Source: Nitrospirota bacterium (GTDB lineage: Bacteria; Nitrospirota; UBA9217). From it: a stretch of DNA of 64,000 bases. The stretch is taken from positions 416,001 to 480,000 of the forward strand of contig OY760142.1 of assembly GCA_963663225.1 (NCBI GenBank), read 5' to 3'. The notes beneath the pieces were generated by a model that had not been told where the DNA came from, did no database searches, and was given only the letters and a program-made list of their open reading frames with translations. Positions 59,000 through 64,000 of the stretch are shown in pieces (positions within the stretch are counted from its first letter, which is position 1; each line of letters starts with the position of its first letter). The translations under genes were made by a program, and so were the position numbers.

Positions 59000-60148
59000 T
59001 TAGCCAAATGAACGGTCCTCTTTGATGCGTCCGTCCCTCAATATCCTGTACGGTATTCCCTTCCAGGTGATTTTATTGCCGACGAAGCTCCAAACCCAGA
59101 TTACAAAGCTCAGAACATCCTTTACCGGCAGTAAAACAAGCCATCTTCTCCATTTTCTAGAAGGGATGACCAGCCGGTGCAGCAACGCTGCAAGACAATA
59201 CCGTAAAAACTGTGCGGCAATGAGCAAAGACACCGCAAGCGGACTGAAACCGCTCACGGCCAGACAAAACAGAGAAAGAACGAAAAGATGCGTGATCCCA
59301 TAGCCGGCATAGCCATAGGGTCTGGACACGCGGCAGGTTCTGGACCACCGCAGCTGATGACTAAAATACTCGGCAAAGCTCATTGGACCGACAACATTTT
59401 CTATGACAACATTTGAAAGAACAATTTTGTATCCGCGCTGCCACAAACGGTTTCCAATCTGGTAATCATCAGCAAGGTAATCGGCAATCGATGCCATTCC
59501 GCCAATCTCTTCTATCGTTTTTTGGGAAACAAGCAAGGTGGCGCCCAATCCAAACGTAACGCCTTCGAGCTTACGGGCGATAAGCACCGAGGGAATGAAA
59601 TCGAGAGCTATGCTGAGCGACTCTAGTGCAGCTCCCACAGACGGGGGGTCTGATATCTTATAAAGACAAGTTACCAGTCCGGTGTTTTTCTCTGCTGCAT
59701 ATTCTGTGGTAATTTTTCTCAGATATTCACTGTCTGCACGCATGTCGCTGTCGCTGATAGCAAGCAGGTCATATTTGGCTGATTGAAGAAGTCCAATGAG
59801 ATTTGATACTTTCCTGTTGGCGCCGCGCTGCTCAGTACTCTTAACTTTTCGGATTTTGTTCCCGGCCGGAATTGATGAAATTTCCTTGGCGGCGTTTCTA
59901 TCATCGGCGTCATTTGTCACTCCGAGCAGTACCTCATATTCCGGGTAATCCTGATCGCAAAAAGTTCCAACGTTTTCTTTGAAGTCTTTTCCTATTCCTT
60001 TGATCGGTTTTATGACGGAAACCGGTTCATATATCAGGAGGTGTGCATGGTCTTTTTTTTTGCCGAAAAAATCCCACACGCAATACAACGCGATAACGCT
60101 GTAAGCAATCGACGCGGCTGTCAAAACGTAGATAAATATGCTTGTCAT
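59000..60148 (-). CDS. hpnI: hopanoid glycosyltransferase HpnI (GT21-like)
   Basis: VSVIKPIKG, GANRKVSNL, SDSD, LADDY, HQLRWSR; hpn context. Confidence 0.88.
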   Translation of the reverse strand: MTSIFIYVLTAASIAYSVIALYCVWDFFGKKKDHAHLLIYEPVSVIKPIKGIGKDFKENVGTFCDQDYPEYEVLLGVTNDADDRNAAKEISSIPAGNKIRKVKSTEQRGANRKVSNLIGLLQSAKYDLLAISDSDMRADSEYLRKITTEYAAEKNTGLVTCLYKISDPPSVGAALESLSIALDFIPSVLIARKLEGVTFGLGATLLVSQKTIEEIGGMASIADYLADDYQIGNRLWQRGYKIVLSNVVIENVVGPMSFAEYFSHQLRWSRTCRVSRPYGYAGYGITHLFVLSLFCLAVSGFSPLAVSLLIAAQFLRYCLAALLHRLVIPSRKWRRWLVLLPVKDVLSFVIWVWSFVGNKITWKGIPYRILRDGRIKEDRSFG

Positions 60149-60223
60149 GGCTCCAATTCTTAAAAGAGAAAATAATTATTTGTCCGGGATTCTTTGCAGC
60201 AAGGCCAGCTTCACGTGCAGCGA

Positions 60224-61249
60224 TTAGGCACTGTAAACGTCGCATTTCGGATGCGAGACAACATAGCCGTTGTTCTCGTACCACCGTATTGCTTTCTCTA
60301 TCGTTATTTCTAATGGCGTTTGCGGCATCTGCAGTTCTCTTACTGCTTTTCTGCTGTCAAAATACATGTACTTTTTAGCCATTTTTACGCTTGGAAGCGA
60401 TATTCTGGGCTGCTTGTGCGTAACCCACTTGGATATGGCTTCATTCACGTACGCTGCAATTACCACAGGCGCATAGGGGAGACGGATGTTTGGCGCTTTT
60501 TGTTTCGCACATCCGGCCAGACATTCAAAAAACTTCTTAAGCGTAATGTTTGCATTCCCCAAAATATACCGCTCACCAATTCTTCCATAATCGGCCGCCA
60601 TCAGATGTCCGACTGCAACGTCTTCTACATCAACAATGTTAATTCCTGTCTCTATGTACGCGGGTATCCTGCCATTCAGAAAATCCACAATAATTTGTCC
60701 GCTCGGCGTAGGTTTTCTATCGACAGCACCTAGCGTAGTGGTAGGATTTACAATGACAATGGGTAAACCTTTCTTGATGAACGCAAATACGGCTTCCTCT
60801 GCAAGGAACTTGGTTTTTTTATAAAGATTCACCATGTCATGAAGGTTCACCGTGTCATTTTCGTCGGCGGGTTTTGTCTTTGAGCCGCTGGAAAGGACGC
60901 CGGCGCTGCTCGTATAAATAACTTTTAGCAACCCTGCAGCATGAAGAGCGGACTTCATGACATTTATCGTTCCGGTTACATTAGTCGCATACATGGTTGA
61001 TGCGTCTGGAACCCAGTATCTGTAATCTGCGGCAATGTGGTATACATATCTGCAATTTTTCATCGCCCTGGCAACTGTTTCTGATTCCCTTACGTCTCCC
61101 GTAATTAGCTCACAAAAACTTTTTAACAACGTAATATCACTTTCAGGTCGCACCAACGCTCGGACCGAGTACCCTTTTTCGTGTAGCAGTTTTGCCACGT
61201 GATAACCTATAAAACCGGTTGCTCCAGTCACTAAAGCTCGCATAATCAC
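60224..61249 (-). CDS. hpnA: hopanoid-associated NAD-dependent epimerase/dehydratase HpnA
   Basis: TGATGFIG, HIAADYR, YKKTK, DRKPTPSG, GRIGERYILG. Confidence 0.88.
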   Translation of the reverse strand: MIMRALVTGATGFIGYHVAKLLHEKGYSVRALVRPESDITLLKSFCELITGDVRESETVARAMKNCRYVYHIAADYRYWVPDASTMYATNVTGTINVMKSALHAAGLLKVIYTSSAGVLSSGSKTKPADENDTVNLHDMVNLYKKTKFLAEEAVFAFIKKGLPIVIVNPTTTLGAVDRKPTPSGQIIVDFLNGRIPAYIETGINIVDVEDVAVGHLMAADYGRIGERYILGNANITLKKFFECLAGCAKQKAPNIRLPYAPVVIAAYVNEAISKWVTHKQPRISLPSVKMAKKYMYFDSRKAVRELQMPQTPLEITIEKAIRWYENNGYVVSHPKCDVYSA

Positions 61250-61280
61250 ACCTCAGTAATTTAGATGTAGAACGACAAGT

Positions 61281-61733
61281 CTATTTATCAATTAATGCCC
61301 CGGAATCAGACGAACTTTGCGCCAAAAAATGCTTTTTTGCCGCGTGATCCGTTGTCCGTTTATTATCATCGAGAGAAACGAGGACAATTCCGATCACTAT
61401 GACAATGGTGCCGAGCCAGCGATACCAGGATATGTCTTCTTTCAGAAAATATTTGGCCAGGAAAACTGCAAACAGATACGATACGGCGGTAAGCGGCAGC
61501 ACGAAGCTCAAGTCAGCCCAGGAAAGCGCTGCGAGATACAGAAAGAAAAAGACCGCGAGAAAGACTACTCCCGCAAAAATATATGGATTTTTCACGACGG
61601 ATGAAACGAGCGTCAGCCAGTGCTCCGAGCTGGACAAGTTAATCGCGCCGTATGAGCGCATGCCGTAGCTTAACAATGTTTCGCCCACCGCAGCACATGC
61701 TGCAGCTATCATGACAACAAGGAAGGTTTTCAT
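61281..61733 (-). CDS. EamA/DMT-family small transporter
   Basis: ALSWADLSFVLPLTAVSY...LKE..SWYRWLG; 4 TM. Confidence 0.85.
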   Translation of the reverse strand: MKTFLVVMIAAACAAVGETLLSYGMRSYGAINLSSSEHWLTLVSSVVKNPYIFAGVVFLAVFFFLYLAALSWADLSFVLPLTAVSYLFAVFLAKYFLKEDISWYRWLGTIVIVIGIVLVSLDDNKRTTDHAAKKHFLAQSSSDSGALIDK

Positions 61734-61799
61734 ATTTCCTCTTTCTAAACTGTAACTCGGTATGTTTAATCCGGCAGATTTGCCTCTAATTTTCTATAA

Positions 61800-62651
61800 T
61801 CAGTCCTTTTTCATATTTAACATTTCTTTTCTGTTTAATACGCATATGTCGAGAGATTCCAGCGCGGCCCTTACTGCGTTTGAGGTGAGAGCGCCCAGCT
61901 CTTTTTGCCCACGGTCTGTCGATATGTCAGGATGAAGAAAAATCTCTGCTCTCCGGGGAAGATATCTGATCATATTGAGCATATATTTTTCGTCAATATG
62001 TCCTGTCCTTGCAAGACCGTATGCGGAAGGCAGCATATCTAGTCCATATAGCTCGGCCGTTTCAATATTGAACTTCCGTACCGCTCTGAAAACGGCCCAT
62101 TCTAGAAACGGCATGACGCCGCGAGAAAGCCTGAGAGACCGGAGAAGAACCTGAATCGGTTCATGAGGGATCCTGATAGATCGTATGCCTCTTCTTGCTG
62201 CCTGACGGCAAATTATCGCGCATACTGCGGGATGCATGTGAAGGTGATGGTGGCTGTCCACATGGTCCGGTTGTATATTTGCATTTATCAGGCAATCGAA
62301 TTGCGCCTCAATTTCCGCTTCCAGCTGTTTGTGCAAACCCGTGTTTGTGTACCGTATCCACGCGCAAGAAGGGCTCTTGCAAAATAAGCCGGCTTCATCT
62401 ACCAAATCCGGGATCTCTGCGCGGGAAAGAATGCTTTTGCCGTCACAGAGCGTCACATGCAGTCCTACGGACAGATTCCTGTGCTGTTGCGCGATGCGGA
62501 CTGATTCTTTAAAAGCATTGCCCGACACCATCATGCTCGCGGCGCTCAGAATGCCCCATTCATGCGCAAGCGCAATTGCTTCGTTTACTGACGAAGATTT
62601 ACCAAAATCATCTGCCGTAATGACTGCGTATTTTTTGGCAACGTGCTGCAT
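61800..62651 (-). CDS. hpnK: hopanoid biosynthesis deacetylase HpnK (YdjC family)
   Basis: ITADDFG, VGLHVTL, HVDSHHHLHMHP, EIFLHP. Confidence 0.88.
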   Translation of the reverse strand: MQHVAKKYAVITADDFGKSSSVNEAIALAHEWGILSAASMMVSGNAFKESVRIAQQHRNLSVGLHVTLCDGKSILSRAEIPDLVDEAGLFCKSPSCAWIRYTNTGLHKQLEAEIEAQFDCLINANIQPDHVDSHHHLHMHPAVCAIICRQAARRGIRSIRIPHEPIQVLLRSLRLSRGVMPFLEWAVFRAVRKFNIETAELYGLDMLPSAYGLARTGHIDEKYMLNMIRYLPRRAEIFLHPDISTDRGQKELGALTSNAVRAALESLDICVLNRKEMLNMKKD

Positions 62652-64000
62652 TAGATACGATCATCCCCTTTTCGTGTTGCCATGAAGGAAAAAAATTCCT
62701 TTCCCTCCCTGACTCGACGAAAGAATTCATGCCTGTCCTGAAGCATTTCTTTCAAAATTCTGAGAACAGGGCGCGGCCTCAAATAAAATCTCCGGTAAAA
62801 CCGCTCCATCGATTCAAAAATATATTCAGCCGGCAGATCTTCATATGAAATCACCGCATTCTGCACTCCATTATTCAGCAGCTGTTCTCCTTCCTGTTTG
62901 ATCCATCCTTCCTGCATTCCTTGTTTGTAAATCTCGGTGCCTGGATAGGGAGCTACCAAAGACACCTGGATACTATAGGGATCAAGCTCCAGTGCAAATT
63001 GCATCGTTTCTTCTATTGTCTCGGCCGTTTCTCCCGGCAAGCCAAGAATGAAGGCTCCATGCACAAGGATCCCCAGCTCTTTTGTCGCTTTCATAAATTC
63101 GCGCGCTTGAGTGAGATGAATACCTTTTTTTATATTATTTAAAATTTTTTGATTACCGGACTCAAATCCAACAGTAAGCAATCTTAGCCCGCTATCTTTG
63201 AGTGATTTAAGTGCATCTTTACGCACGTTCGCCCTCGCGTTACAAGACCACGTGATACCCAGCGGTTTCAGCATCTTCGACAGTGCCACAACCCGTTCTG
63301 GTTCTTCTGTCAGCGTATCATCATCGAAAAAAAATTCTTTCACCGCCGGAAATAATTGTTTGGCAAGCAGCATTTCCTCATATACATTCTGAATGCTTCT
63401 CACCCGGTATGCATGGCCTGATATTGTTTGGGGCCACAAGCAATAGGTGCAGCGGGCGCGACAACCGCGGCCGGTATAAATGGAGACGTAGGGATGCTGC
63501 AAATAGCCGTTGTAGTAATTTTCGATATTAAGATCCCTGGCATAAATGGCGCTTGCAAAAGGAAGGGCATCCAGATTTTCTATAAGCGGCCTGTCAGGAG
63601 TTCGTATCAGCCCTTTTTTATCGCGAAAAACAACCCCTTTTACTTTTCGAAATGACGTTCCCGACGCTATTTCAGCAATGGAATAGTCGAATTCTCCCGT
63701 CGTTACGAAATCCAGATCCCATGACAGGTCCATTGTTTCAAGGGGACGTACCATCGTGTGCGGACCAACAAGGCCAATTTTTACCTGGGGATATTTTTTT
63801 TTCAGGGTTTCCGCCAATTTGACATCATGTGAAACTGTCGGCGTGCTCGTGCTTATTACGATCAAATCAAAACCTTCTGCAAGACGCACAACATCCACAG
63901 CGTTTAGCCCATCAGCCGGAGCGTCGACCAACCTGCTTTCTTTAATCATGCCTGCGGGATATGCCAGCCACGTCGGATACCAGAAAGATCGAATTTCACG
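62651..64000 (-). CDS. hpnJ: hopanoid radical SAM protein HpnJ (5' end beyond the window)
   Basis: Frame stays open to the edge (REIRSFWYPTWLAYPAG); GRGCRARCTYCLWPQT CxxxCxxC; FFFDDDT. Confidence 0.92.
   Translation of the reverse strand, partial: REIRSFWYPTWLAYPAGMIKESRLVDAPADGLNAVDVVRLAEGFDLIVISTSTPTVSHDVKLAETLKKKYPQVKIGLVGPHTMVRPLETMDLSWDLDFVTTGEFDYSIAEIASGTSFRKVKGVVFRDKKGLIRTPDRPLIENLDALPFASAIYARDLNIENYYNGYLQHPYVSIYTGRGCRARCTYCLWPQTISGHAYRVRSIQNVYEEMLLAKQLFPAVKEFFFDDDTLTEEPERVVALSKMLKPLGITWSCNARANVRKDALKSLKDSGLRLLTVGFESGNQKILNNIKKGIHLTQAREFMKATKELGILVHGAFILGLPGETAETIEETMQFALELDPYSIQVSLVAPYPGTEIYKQGMQEGWIKQEGEQLLNNGVQNAVISYEDLPAEYIFESMERFYRRFYLRPRPVLRILKEMLQDRHEFFRRVREGKEFFSFMATRKGDDRI

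Overview
64 kb of a Gram-negative, probably anaerobic bacterium. The gene style suggests Nitrospirota or Desulfobacterota, but this is inference only. The left third is a mosaic accessory region: a vWA lipoprotein, a C45 peptidase, an SDR, a small secreted peptide ending in RAPPA, an AraC regulator, a PAS kinase, a repeat-built beta-propeller lipoprotein between two decayed tRNA-fMet 3' halves, an IS3 remnant, and a sigma28-type chemosensory cluster with no cheA. The centre (about 26.6-54.2 kb) is the main signal: a catabolic island bracketed by three closely related GntR/FCD regulators. It has three parts: (i) an MFS-dmpF-dmpG-glycyl radical enzyme-activase-cysteine hydrolase operon; (ii) two full-length pyrrolysine-free MtmB-family methyltransferases flanking one corrinoid protein, followed by a Na+:solute symporter, DUF1638 and a RACo activator; (iii) a BtuFCD/BtuB/TonB B12 uptake system. 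There are three cobalamin riboswitches, one of which controls a GntR paralog, and TGTATACA operator motifs recur in the three catabolic promoters. The right end carries pldA, glgP, mlaA and hopanoid side-chain genes (hpnI, hpnA, hpnK, hpnJ). I found no CRISPR array, rRNA or intact tRNA.
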